Source: Marispirochaeta sp.
GTDB lineage: Bacteria > Spirochaetota > Spirochaetia > JC444 > Marispirochaetaceae
Length of the DNA: 64,000 nucleotides
NCBI GenBank assembly: GCA_963676835.2
Contig: CAXXFF010000002.1
Span: 1,024,001-1,088,000 of the forward strand
Reading direction: 5' to 3'
The position numbers and the translations under genes are program-made. The notes under the pieces are model-generated. The model ran no database searches, was not told the DNA's origin, and was given only the letters and a program-made list of their open reading frames with translations. Below are positions 9,816-19,153 of this stretch, piece by piece (within the stretch, counting starts at the first letter, position 1; every line of letters starts with the position of its first letter).

Positions 9816-10165
9816 TGATTGGCACCATCGCAATTTCCACCGGTTCCCTGCTGATTCTCATCGGACTCTGGTGTCTTCTGTCCAATAAAGACATGATCCG
9901 CATGATTGTCGGATTCTCCATCTTTGATCTGGGTGTACACGTTGTCATGCTCAGCATCGGGTATATCAATGGAGGAACCGCCCCGATTATCGAAAGCCTT
10001 TCTGATACCGGTACGACCTATGTAGATCCGGTACCCCAGGCTCTGGTGCTTACCGCTATTGTAATCGGCCTGGGCATTACCGCATTTATGCTTACCTATG
10101 CGGTAAACATGTACGAAAAGAAAGGCAGCCTCCATATCGACAAATATGAGGAGTTAAAATGGTAA
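9815..10165 (+). CDS. Mrp/Mnh subunit C-like (MbxG)
   Basis: DPVPQALVLTAIVIG. Confidence 0.93.
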   Translation: MIGTIAISTGSLLILIGLWCLLSNKDMIRMIVGFSIFDLGVHVVMLSIGYINGGTAPIIESLSDTGTTYVDPVPQALVLTAIVIGLGITAFMLTYAVNMYEKKGSLHIDKYEELKW

Positions 10166-13100
10166 ACCCCATCTATCTTATTGTCATTGCCCTGGGTACC
10201 GCCTTTCTCCTCGGGCTCTTCAGAAAAGCGGCGCCCTCTCTACGCTCAGGAATTACCCTGCTGGCCCTTGCGGGTATGACGGCGGTCTCCGCGGCCTGGG
10301 CCTATGGAATACTCTTTGCCGGTGCAGAAGGCATCCAGGTATTCACCGCCGGATTCAAGCCGCCCCTCTCCATTAATCTTTATATGGGCAGAGCCGAAGC
10401 GGTGCTCCTGGTACTGGTAAACCTTACGGCATTCTTCAGCATGCTGTTCCTGGCAAAAGAGGTGAAGAGCACCTCAAGCTATATGCTCATGCTGCTGATG
10501 GTTTTTGTAACCGGACTCAACGGCGTGGTTATGACCCGGGACCTCTTTAACCTTTTTGTGTTTATCGAGATTGTCAGTATTGCTTCCGCCGGTCTGATCC
10601 CCTTAAAGGGCAGCCTGAAACAGCTCAGTGCGGGTTTCAAGTTCGTTATCGCCGGCGCCCTTGCCAGCGGTTTTATGCTCATCGGCATAATTTTTGTCTA
10701 CTACTCCACAGGCTCCCTCAACCTGGATGTAATCGCTTCCGGTATGACCCCCGCTCTGGCATCCGCCGGCTTCGTGGGGATTTTCCTGGTCTTTATCGGG
10801 GTTGTGATGGAGCTCAAACCCTTCCCGGTTAACGGCTGGGGTCTGGATGTCTACGAAGCATCTCTTCCTCCGGTAGCAGCCCTTGTAGCCGCGGGAACCG
10901 CCAGCGTCATGTTCTATGCCTTTACCAAGGTTATGGCCCTTACCGGCGGACTCCTCATCGGAGCCGCGGTTGTTATCGGTGCTCTTACCTTTGTGGGAAT
11001 GAACGTGCTGGCTCTAAAGCAGGATAAAGCACAGCGGCTTCTTGGCTATTCCTCCATCAGTCAGATGGGCCTGCTTCTTATGGCCTATGGTCTGCTGCGT
11101 CAGACAGGAAGCGAAAATGCCGAGCTGATTGTCTTCGGCCTGCTTATTACCCACGCCCTGGCCAAGGCTGCCCTCTTCTGGCTCGCCGGGATTGTGGAAA
11201 AAGAGAATATAAAAGAGTGGGCCATTATCCGTAAGAACCCCCTGGCTCTTATAGCCATGATTATGGCGGTATTCGGCCTTACCGCCTTTCCGCCCTTTCC
11301 CTCCTTCTTTGCCAAGTGGGAGCTGGTAATGGCACTGGCAGCCAAAGGGGGCTTCGGTTTTATAACAGTGATTCTGGTAGGGTCCTTTCTGGAAGCGGTC
11401 TATCTATTCCGCTGGCTGGGATACGCCCTGAAGCTGGACTTTAATCCTGGGGAAGAGGCCAACACCTCTGCTCTGTCCGCCCTGCCTTCACTGCTCTTCG
11501 GCCTGACTCTTGTCGGGCTGGGGTACCTGATGGGTACAGACTACGGTCTTTCCTGGATACCTCTGGCTGCGGTTTTAGGCTTTCTGGTTATCGATAAGAT
11601 TGACTCAAGAATCAAAACCACTCTTGCTCTGGTAATAATCGGCGCCTGGGGCTATCTGAACTACGAAAGCTACCTGGGGGATCTGTTCAAGACAATTTTT
11701 GCCGGGGTTTTTATCGGCGGAGCATTTCTTACTACTCTATCAGGCTACTATTACAAAGGGCGCAGGGGGGGATTCCACGCCTCCACAATGTCCATGTTCT
11801 TCGGCCTCTTTATGCTGCTCTCTGCGGAAACCATGCTTCAGTTTTTCTACGGTTGGGAGTTTATGGCCATCGGTTCCTACTTCCTGCTTATCCGGGGAAA
11901 GAAATCCATGCCCCACGGCTACAGCTACCTCATGTTCAGCATCGGCGGTTCCTTCGCCATGCTCATGGGCTTCGCCATGGCCTATCTCTCCAGCGGTTCT
12001 GCCGGCATGGATGCCCTGTTTCATATCACCGTGTATCCCGCAGTGGCCTACTCCCTGATGCTCATCGGCTTTATGACCAAGACCGCCACCATGGGATTTC
12101 ATACCTGGCTTCCCGGAGCCCACGGCGAGGCGGTTGCGGATATTCACTTCATGGCTTCAGCTATTCTGCTTAAGGCAGGAGTTCTGGGAATGATCTATGT
12201 ACTGTTGGGTATGGATCTCTCCATGTCCTACAGCCGCTGGATACTCATGACCATGGGCTGGCTGGGAATATTGAGCTCCCTCATCGGCAACGTCAACGCC
12301 GCCTTCCAGGAGAGCGCCAAGCGGCTTCTGGCCTGGTCCAGTATCGGACAGCTCGGGTACATTGTGTTCGGCCTCTCCACCATGAGCCATATGGGATGGC
12401 TGATCGCTCTCTCTCTTTCCATTACCCACTTCCTGTACAAGGGTATTCTCTTTCTGATAATCGGTGGAATCTCACTGAAGCTCGGAACCCCCATGATGTA
12501 CAAGATGGGCGGCCTGATCCGGCGCATGCCCTTCAGCTTCCTTGCGGTGCTGATTGCCATTATTACTCTTTCCGGTATCCCCCCACTTGTGGGATTTACC
12601 GCCAAGTGGATTCTCTACAATGTAACCGTGGGTAACGGTCTCTATTTTCAGGGCGTTATCGCCTCTTTCGCAGGCCTTGTGGCATTCCTCTACCTGTTCC
12701 GTCTGATTTTCTCAATCTTTCTGGGACAGCTGAAGGACGAGCATCGCAAGGTCGGGGAGATCAATATCTGGTTCCTGATCCCTGTGTATCTGCTTATCTG
12801 CTACATCATGGTTGTCTCCTTCCTGCCGGGTACTCTTCTCGGACCCATCGGGGACAAGCTTATGGCCTTCTTCCCGGATAATCCCATTATCTGGACCGGC
12901 TATCTGGCCAGTTCCGAGTTGGGCTACTTCAACGGCACCATGATTATGAATGTCTTTATGACCCTGTTTGCCATCAACTTTCTTATTCTCTTTTTCTTCA
13001 ATAAAAAGCGGGCCCAGAAGGTTGAACAGTTCAATATTGTCTACGCCGCCGAGAGGCCGGCACGGCCGGAAACAACCCACTTTGCCTATAACTTCTTTGC

Positions 13101-13290
13101 CCCTTACAGAAGGGCCGTCGGGGTACTGGAGTATCCCTTTGTGACAAAGTTCTGGAACGGCCTGAGTGATATTCTGCATGCCCTTGGAGGCTTATTCCGC
13201 AGGGTATACACCGGCAACGGCCAGACCTATCTGCTGCAGATGGTGGTTTTTGTTGTGGTCACCTACCTGCTGACCAAAGGAGGAATGTAA
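10159..13290 (+). CDS. Proton-translocating subunit made of two fused MrpD/NuoL-M-N-like modules (MbxH-H')
   Basis: Two sets of motifs: DLFNLFVFIEI / RLLGYSSISQMG / HALAKAALF and FFYGWEFM / HTWLPGAH / RLLAWSSIGQLG / HFLYKGILF. Confidence 0.9.
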   Translation: MVNPIYLIVIALGTAFLLGLFRKAAPSLRSGITLLALAGMTAVSAAWAYGILFAGAEGIQVFTAGFKPPLSINLYMGRAEAVLLVLVNLTAFFSMLFLAKEVKSTSSYMLMLLMVFVTGLNGVVMTRDLFNLFVFIEIVSIASAGLIPLKGSLKQLSAGFKFVIAGALASGFMLIGIIFVYYSTGSLNLDVIASGMTPALASAGFVGIFLVFIGVVMELKPFPVNGWGLDVYEASLPPVAALVAAGTASVMFYAFTKVMALTGGLLIGAAVVIGALTFVGMNVLALKQDKAQRLLGYSSISQMGLLLMAYGLLRQTGSENAELIVFGLLITHALAKAALFWLAGIVEKENIKEWAIIRKNPLALIAMIMAVFGLTAFPPFPSFFAKWELVMALAAKGGFGFITVILVGSFLEAVYLFRWLGYALKLDFNPGEEANTSALSALPSLLFGLTLVGLGYLMGTDYGLSWIPLAAVLGFLVIDKIDSRIKTTLALVIIGAWGYLNYESYLGDLFKTIFAGVFIGGAFLTTLSGYYYKGRRGGFHASTMSMFFGLFMLLSAETMLQFFYGWEFMAIGSYFLLIRGKKSMPHGYSYLMFSIGGSFAMLMGFAMAYLSSGSAGMDALFHITVYPAVAYSLMLIGFMTKTATMGFHTWLPGAHGEAVADIHFMASAILLKAGVLGMIYVLLGMDLSMSYSRWILMTMGWLGILSSLIGNVNAAFQESAKRLLAWSSIGQLGYIVFGLSTMSHMGWLIALSLSITHFLYKGILFLIIGGISLKLGTPMMYKMGGLIRRMPFSFLAVLIAIITLSGIPPLVGFTAKWILYNVTVGNGLYFQGVIASFAGLVAFLYLFRLIFSIFLGQLKDEHRKVGEINIWFLIPVYLLICYIMVVSFLPGTLLGPIGDKLMAFFPDNPIIWTGYLASSELGYFNGTMIMNVFMTLFAINFLILFFFNKKRAQKVEQFNIVYAAERPARPETTHFAYNFFAPYRRAVGVLEYPFVTKFWNGLSDILHALGGLFRRVYTGNGQTYLLQMVVFVVVTYLLTKGGM

Positions 13291-13291
13291 G

Positions 13292-14230
13292 ATGGAGTTT
13301 CAGTACATACACATACTCTATGCAGCCATAACCATCTTTATAACCATTAACTATGGTCTACTGCTGCAGGGAATAATCGGAAAGATTTATGCCCGGGTAG
13401 GCAAGCGGCGGGGAATCCGCATCTATCAGCCCTGGATCAATATTATCCGCCAGTGGGTAACCCGTTCATCAATTCACCACGGCATAATGTATTATCTGGG
13501 GCCGGTTTTCCGCTTTACCGGCGGAGGAGGAATCCTTATCTTCCTGCCCCTGGTCTACGGCGCTCCGTTGTTCTCTTCCTTTGTGGGAACCGGGGACCTG
13601 CTGCTGGTGCTCTACTTTATGTTCATCGGAACCCTGGGCATGGCCCTGGGCGGCGGTGAGGCGGGGCATCCCTATTCGGCCATCGCCGTAACCCGCGGAC
13701 TCTCCCAGGTAACCGCCGCGGAGGTACCGCTGGTACTGGCCATTTTCTCCATCTCAATCCAGTACGGAACCATGGATGTGATGAAGATTGTCGGAGCCCA
13801 GCAGGGAAGCTTTCTTAACTGGACCCTCTTTACCAACCCCCTGGCAACGGCGGCGGCAATGATCGCCTTTCTGGGATCCATGATGCGGAGCCCCTTTGAT
13901 GTGGTTCTTGCTCCCCAGGAAATTCCCATCGGACCTCCCACGGAGTATCAGTCCCAGTTTCTGGCCATGCTTATGACCAACCGTACTATCTTTCCCGTGG
14001 CCAAGACGGTGTTCTACGTGAACCTCTTTTTCGGCGGAGTTGCCCTCTATGACAATTATCTGCTGACCTTTCTGGTTTTCTTTCTCAAGACCTTCCTGGT
14101 CTATATGTGGTCCGTATTTGTGGGAGTCTCCTTTCCCCGCTTCCGGGTGGAGCAGAGTATCCGCTTCTTTCTTAAATGGCCCCTGCTCATCGGGGCGGCT
14201 GCGGTAATTGCGGCCCAGATAAGGTATTGA
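13292..14230 (+). CDS. NuoH-like membrane anchor (MbxM)
   Basis: ARVGKRRG..YQPW, RSPFDV..APQEI..GPPTEY, PRFRVEQ. Confidence 0.92.
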   Translation: MEFQYIHILYAAITIFITINYGLLLQGIIGKIYARVGKRRGIRIYQPWINIIRQWVTRSSIHHGIMYYLGPVFRFTGGGGILIFLPLVYGAPLFSSFVGTGDLLLVLYFMFIGTLGMALGGGEAGHPYSAIAVTRGLSQVTAAEVPLVLAIFSISIQYGTMDVMKIVGAQQGSFLNWTLFTNPLATAAAMIAFLGSMMRSPFDVVLAPQEIPIGPPTEYQSQFLAMLMTNRTIFPVAKTVFYVNLFFGGVALYDNYLLTFLVFFLKTFLVYMWSVFVGVSFPRFRVEQSIRFFLKWPLLIGAAAVIAAQIRY

Positions 14231-14232
14231 TT

Positions 14233-14898
14233 ATGGCAAAGATGAATTACAGCAAACGAAAAGCCGATCTGGAGCGGCGGACCGTCACCGGACCGGAGGG
14301 TGAGGTATTCGAAGTTGATCCCATGAAGGATTACTTCTGCGAGGCTCCTCCAAAGGTCTATAAGCCCTCCAAACTGACCCCCCTGGAAAAGTTCTACAAC
14401 TGGTGCCGGGCGGAGTCCATCTATATTCTCGGCTTTGGAACCGGCTGCGGCGCAATTGAGATGCGCCCCCTTATGAGCCCCATGTATGACGCCTACCGTT
14501 ACGGCGTTCACTGGCGGCCCACCCCCAGGCAATCCACGGTATTTGTCATCGGCGGATACGCCTCGGTAAAAACCATCAAGCGGATTGTCCGCAGCTACGA
14601 ACAGATGCCCGGGCCCAAGTATGTTCTGGCGGTCTGCAGCTGCACCATTAATGGCGGCATGTACTGGGATTCCTACAACACCATCAACCGGCTGGATCAT
14701 TATATTCCGGTGGATATCTATGTTACCGGCTGCATGCCCCGGCCGGAGGCAATTCTCGATTCTGTAGAGGCCCTCAAGAAACGAATTAAAGAAGGACGGG
14801 CGGAAGGGCAGAACAAGTATGCGGAAAACTTCGAATGGTACAAGGCAAACCAGAAACAGATTATCAAGGACTGGGATATGCCGGACTACAACTGGTAA
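14233..14898 (+). CDS. NuoB-like Fe-S small subunit (MbxJ)
   Basis: GTGCGAIE, PTPRQ, QMPGPKYV, CTINGG, VDIYVTGCMPRPE. Confidence 0.92.
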   Translation: MAKMNYSKRKADLERRTVTGPEGEVFEVDPMKDYFCEAPPKVYKPSKLTPLEKFYNWCRAESIYILGFGTGCGAIEMRPLMSPMYDAYRYGVHWRPTPRQSTVFVIGGYASVKTIKRIVRSYEQMPGPKYVLAVCSCTINGGMYWDSYNTINRLDHYIPVDIYVTGCMPRPEAILDSVEALKKRIKEGRAEGQNKYAENFEWYKANQKQIIKDWDMPDYNW

Positions 14899-14910
14899 GG
14901 AGGTTAATGG

Positions 14911-15471
14911 ATGGAAACGATTATTGAAAATATCAAGAAACAGTTCAGCCTGTCCGACGTCACCTCCGCCCACGGGTACTTTATTACCTGTGAAAAGAAG
15001 GATGCCGTCAGTCTGCTGACTTACCTGAAAAACGTGGAAGGCTTTAAACACCTGGTGCTGATAACCGCGGTGGACTGGATCGAAGACGGACGCTTTCAGC
15101 TGACCTATCTGCTGAATAATCCGGTAATGAAGAAGGAGCTGGGGGTCCGGACATTTATCGAACGGAGTGTCTGGCCGGAAGAATCCGAAATGGATACCGC
15201 CCACCATCTCTGGCCGGCTGCCAAGACCTACCAGCGGGAGCTGCATGAAATGTTCGGTATCGATTTTCCCGGCAGTCCCGAGATCAATGAACCCCTGATT
15301 CTTGAATACTGGGATGATATTCCTCCCTACAGAAAGGACTTCGATACGAAGAAATACTCTGAAGAGACCTACTTTCCCCGGGAGGGCAGAAGCACCAATG
15401 ATCCTGCTGAGTACATGAAAGCTAAGCTCTATCCCCGGGAGGGGGAGAAGACAAAAAAGGGGGATGCCTAG
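14911..15471 (+). CDS. NuoC-like subunit (MbxK)
   Basis: ITAVDW, RELHEMFGIDFPG, PPYRKDF. Confidence 0.92.
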   Translation: METIIENIKKQFSLSDVTSAHGYFITCEKKDAVSLLTYLKNVEGFKHLVLITAVDWIEDGRFQLTYLLNNPVMKKELGVRTFIERSVWPEESEMDTAHHLWPAAKTYQRELHEMFGIDFPGSPEINEPLILEYWDDIPPYRKDFDTKKYSEETYFPREGRSTNDPAEYMKAKLYPREGEKTKKGDA

Positions 15472-15557
15472 CATGGGACCCTTTTTTAGTCGAATAGCGG
15501 TAGAGTGTTTTCCGCATCAGCGGAAAAGTACTCGAGAGCGATATAAGGAAAAGAAAG

Positions 15558-16739
15558 ATGCTTGATTACGGCGAAAAGAACCGGGAACTCTTCCCCGAAA
15601 CGAAGAGCGACGGCACCATCGATATAGATCTCTCTTCCGGAAAGTTCACCAAGCTCTGGCATGGACCCAACCATCCGGGAATTACCGGAAATATGTCCCT
15701 GGAGCTGACCCTGTTAGGTGATGAGATTATGGAGTCCAAAACCCATGTGGGCTATCTGCACCGGGGGTTTGAGAAGCTGATGGAGCGGCGCCGCTTTATC
15801 AACAACTTCCCCTTGGTCTGCCGGGTATGTGTACCGGAGCCGGACTTCAATGAGTACTGCTATGCCGCGGCCCTTGAAGAGCTTGCCGGGGTTGAGGTCC
15901 CGGAGAAAGCCCTGTGGATCCGCACCCTGATTCTGGAAATGGCCCGGCTGCAGTCATATTTAATGTGGATCGGCGGACAGGCCGGTGCCTTCGGTATGGG
16001 CATGGTTGGACAGTGGACCTTATGGGCCCGAGACCGGGTACTGCAGATGTTTGAGGAACTCACCGGCGGACGCATCTATCATATCTTTATTCTCCCTGGC
16101 GGTGTGCGCAACAATCTTACCGAAGGCTTCAAGGGCCGGATGCTGGAGACCCTCAATGACGTGGTTTCCATACTCAACGATGTGGAACGGGTTCTCTTCA
16201 ACAACGCGGTGTTTAAAAAACGTGCCGTAGGCCTCGGGGTGATTGATCCCGACTGGGTGGATGAGTACGGCATAACCGGCCCCAACGCCCGGGCGGCGGG
16301 TGTCCCGAAGGACGTGAGAAAAGACAACCCTTACGTAAAATATGCGGAGCTCGATTTTGAGCCGGTAACCGGCACGGACTCGGATGTCTATACCCGGGCC
16401 CGGGTCCGCTTTGATGACTGCCTGATGACCGTGGATCTTATCCGTCAGATTCTGGACAGGATCCCGGAAAAAGGTGAGTTCAAGGCAAAGATGCCCAGTA
16501 TGCTCCACTGGAAAATCCCCGCCGGCGAAACCTATAAAAAAGCGGAATGTACCCGTGGTGAGTACGGCTACTACATTGTAACCGACGGCTCCGGTTATCC
16601 CCGCAGGGTCAATGTCCGTGGGCCTTCATACACCCATGCGGTAACCCTGGCAGAAAAGATGCTGGTCAACGCAAACCTTGCGGATGTGGCGGGTACCCTG
16701 GTATCCCTGCATACCTATCCGCCGGAAGTGGAGAGATAA
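15558..16739 (+). CDS. NuoD-like large subunit (MbxL), no complete NiFe site
   Basis: GPNHPG, GYLHRGFEKL, RVCVPEPD, ECTRGEYG, RGPS; C-terminus HTYPPEVER. Confidence 0.92.
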   Translation: MLDYGEKNRELFPETKSDGTIDIDLSSGKFTKLWHGPNHPGITGNMSLELTLLGDEIMESKTHVGYLHRGFEKLMERRRFINNFPLVCRVCVPEPDFNEYCYAAALEELAGVEVPEKALWIRTLILEMARLQSYLMWIGGQAGAFGMGMVGQWTLWARDRVLQMFEELTGGRIYHIFILPGGVRNNLTEGFKGRMLETLNDVVSILNDVERVLFNNAVFKKRAVGLGVIDPDWVDEYGITGPNARAAGVPKDVRKDNPYVKYAELDFEPVTGTDSDVYTRARVRFDDCLMTVDLIRQILDRIPEKGEFKAKMPSMLHWKIPAGETYKKAECTRGEYGYYIVTDGSGYPRRVNVRGPSYTHAVTLAEKMLVNANLADVAGTLVSLHTYPPEVER

Positions 16740-16740
16740 G

Positions 16741-18597
16741 ATGGGAAGTTCACCAAAATTCAGTTTCAAAGATGTTCTCTACCCCTTTACGGTCTGGAAG
16801 AACATTCTCAAAGAGCCGGTAACCCTTAAGCACCCGGAAAAACGGGAGGGATCCGACCGCTACCGGGGCTTTCATACCAACGATATCACCAAGTGCATTG
16901 GCTGCGGCACCTGCGAGGAAATCTGCCAGAATGCCGCCATCGACCTGGTCCCCTGTGAGGGAGTCGAAGCAAAGCCGGGAGATTCCGGCCTGCGTCCCCG
17001 GGTGGACTACGGCCGCTGCTGCTGGTGTGCCCTCTGTGTTGATGTCTGTACAACCAACTCCCTCGGAATGTCCAACAACTTCCGCTGGGCTGTAGAAGGC
17101 GAGAATCAGGGAGAGGGCAATGAAGCCAACGGCACTCCCGATGACTACCGCTTTATAATCGGTGCGGAGGAGAAGTCCTGGGATAGCGCGGAAAAGGGCT
17201 ATAAAAAGCCTGAGGATTACGATCTGACTCCTCCCGAGCGGGTTGCCATGGATCATCTCTCCGTGGATGAACGGGCTGACTCCTTTATCGAAATGATGAA
17301 GGGCTATTCGAAGGAACAGGCCCTGAAAGAGGCAGACCGCTGCGTTGAGTGCGGTCTCTGCACGGCCACCTGTCCCGCCCACATGGGAATCCCTGCCTAT
17401 ATAAAGGCCATCCGGGAGGATGATCTCGAAGAAGGTTTAAGAATTCTCTATGAAACCAACCCCCTGCCGGAGGTCTGCGGCCGTATCTGTACCCACAAAT
17501 GCGAGACCGTCTGTTCCATCGGTCATAAGGGCGATCCCCTTTCAATCCGCTGGCTCAAGCGCTACATCGCCGACAATGTACCGGCGGAAAAGTACAAGGA
17601 GATTCTTGGAACCTCAAAGCTTGCCAAAAACGGCATGAAGGTGGCGATTGTAGGATCCGGTCCTTCCGGCCTGTCCGCTGCCCACTATCTCTCCCTGATG
17701 GGCTATCAGGTAACCATTTTCGAAGCCCTGCCGGAAGCAGGCGGAATGATGCGCTATGGAATACCGGAATACCGGCTTCCCTATGATCAGATCGACAAGG
17801 ATATAAACTATATTGTCTCTCTGGGCGTGGAGATCCGTACCAACTGCAAAGTCGGTAAAGAGGTTTCCCTTGAGGATCTGCACCGTGATTATGACGCTGT
17901 CTTTGCGGGCACCGGTCTGCATCTGGGCCGCTCCACCCGGCTGGAAAACTCGGACCATAAAAAGGTGCTTCAGTCTATCGACCTGCTGCGGAAAATCAGT
18001 CTGGGAGAAGAGGTTCCCGTACCGGAAAAGATCGTGGTAATCGGCGGCGGAAACGTAGCCATGGATATTACCCGCTCTCTGGCCCGCTTCCAGCGGCAGA
18101 AATACGGCAAGGTGAATATTGTCACCACCTGTCTTGAGCCCGCCGACGGCATGCTGGCAGATGACGAAGAGGTTGAAGAGGCCCAGGAGGAGGGAGCTAT
18201 GATTACCCCCGCCTACGGCCCCCAGCGGATAGAGATTATCGATGAGGAGAATGTAAAAGGGCTCCATGTTGCCAAGTGTCTGGCCATCTTCGATGAGGAG
18301 AAACGCTTTAACCCCTCCTTCGACCTGAATGATACCCGCTTCTATGAGGCGGACATGATTGTTGAGTCCATCGGACAGGCCTCGGATATTACCTACATTC
18401 CCGAGCAGGTAATGAACGATCTGGAACTCAGCCCCCGCCGTCAGGTTGTGGCCGATCCGGACTGGCAGGTAAAGGGTGTGCCCTGGCTCTTTGTGGGAGG
18501 CGACATTGCCAAAGGCCCGGATGTTATTACAGGAATTTCCACCGGCCATCTGGCGGCAGTAGGAATTGACCGTTATCTTCAGGAGGGTAAAAAATGA
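16741..18597 (+). CDS. NuoI/MbxN-like 2x[4Fe-4S] domain fused to a GltD/SudA-like FAD-NAD(P)H oxidoreductase
   Basis: RYRGFH, CIGCGTCEEIC, CCWCALCVDVC, EADRCVEC, CGRIC, GSGPSG, YGIPEYRLP, GGGNVAMD. Confidence 0.92.
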   Translation: MGSSPKFSFKDVLYPFTVWKNILKEPVTLKHPEKREGSDRYRGFHTNDITKCIGCGTCEEICQNAAIDLVPCEGVEAKPGDSGLRPRVDYGRCCWCALCVDVCTTNSLGMSNNFRWAVEGENQGEGNEANGTPDDYRFIIGAEEKSWDSAEKGYKKPEDYDLTPPERVAMDHLSVDERADSFIEMMKGYSKEQALKEADRCVECGLCTATCPAHMGIPAYIKAIREDDLEEGLRILYETNPLPEVCGRICTHKCETVCSIGHKGDPLSIRWLKRYIADNVPAEKYKEILGTSKLAKNGMKVAIVGSGPSGLSAAHYLSLMGYQVTIFEALPEAGGMMRYGIPEYRLPYDQIDKDINYIVSLGVEIRTNCKVGKEVSLEDLHRDYDAVFAGTGLHLGRSTRLENSDHKKVLQSIDLLRKISLGEEVPVPEKIVVIGGGNVAMDITRSLARFQRQKYGKVNIVTTCLEPADGMLADDEEVEEAQEEGAMITPAYGPQRIEIIDEENVKGLHVAKCLAIFDEEKRFNPSFDLNDTRFYEADMIVESIGQASDITYIPEQVMNDLELSPRRQVVADPDWQVKGVPWLFVGGDIAKGPDVITGISTGHLAAVGIDRYLQEGKK

Positions 18598-19034
18598 GCG
18601 AAGTACAAATTTCCGATATTCTTAAATACTCCATAAAAATTGAACACGAAAGCATGCTCTTTTATCAGGATGCTGCTCCCGGAGCACAAGGAGAAGAGGT
18701 TAAGACTCTGCTTACTGAACTGGCAGATGAAGAGGTAAAGCATGAAGCACGTCTGAGTAAACTGCTGGATGAGCTCGAAGACGGCGCTGCTGCCGGCTTT
18801 GATCACAACTCCATGAAGAAGCTGATCCAGACCAGTGAGATTCCTTCGGGCGCTGACGAAGAGGCTGTACTGACAGTTGCCCTGGAGCGGGAGGTGAACA
18901 CCAGGGATTTCTACGGGCAGGTTTCCACCCTGACTAACCTCGATGCCAATGTTGTTGATGTCTTTGATATGCTCTACAAACAGGAATCGGGACATGTTTT
19001 AAGAATTTCAGGACTGCTGAAAAAGCTGTCCTGA
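18594..19034 (+). CDS. Ferritin-like / rubrerythrin-type di-iron protein
   Basis: Two E...FY...ExxH repeats (EEVKH, QESGH); ATGA overlap with previous gene. Confidence 0.82.
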   Translation: MSEVQISDILKYSIKIEHESMLFYQDAAPGAQGEEVKTLLTELADEEVKHEARLSKLLDELEDGAAAGFDHNSMKKLIQTSEIPSGADEEAVLTVALEREVNTRDFYGQVSTLTNLDANVVDVFDMLYKQESGHVLRISGLLKKLS

Positions 19035-19054
19035 TAGTCAGTTTTCTTCCACTG

Positions 19055-19091
19055 AAAGAGCTTTCGTACAGACATGCGGAAGCTCTTTTTT
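19055..19091 (+). terminator. Intrinsic terminator of the mbx operon
   Basis: AAAGAGCTTTCGTA...TGCGGAAGCTCTTT followed by a T tract. Confidence 0.8.
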
Positions 19092-19153
19092 ATTGAATGT
19101 ACACGTAGCTTTCATGTATGAAATAAATTATCATTATTTATGGTTAGCTGCAG

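Noticed and set aside
14101..15474. 457-aa minus-strand ORF, and similar ones at 3890-4750, 17614-18549, 53198-53923 and 54468-55298
   Set aside because: Antisense shadows of well-supported genes, with no recognisable motifs
15558..16739. [NiFe] group 4 hydrogenase large subunit
   Set aside because: C-terminal CxxC is absent and no maturation genes are present
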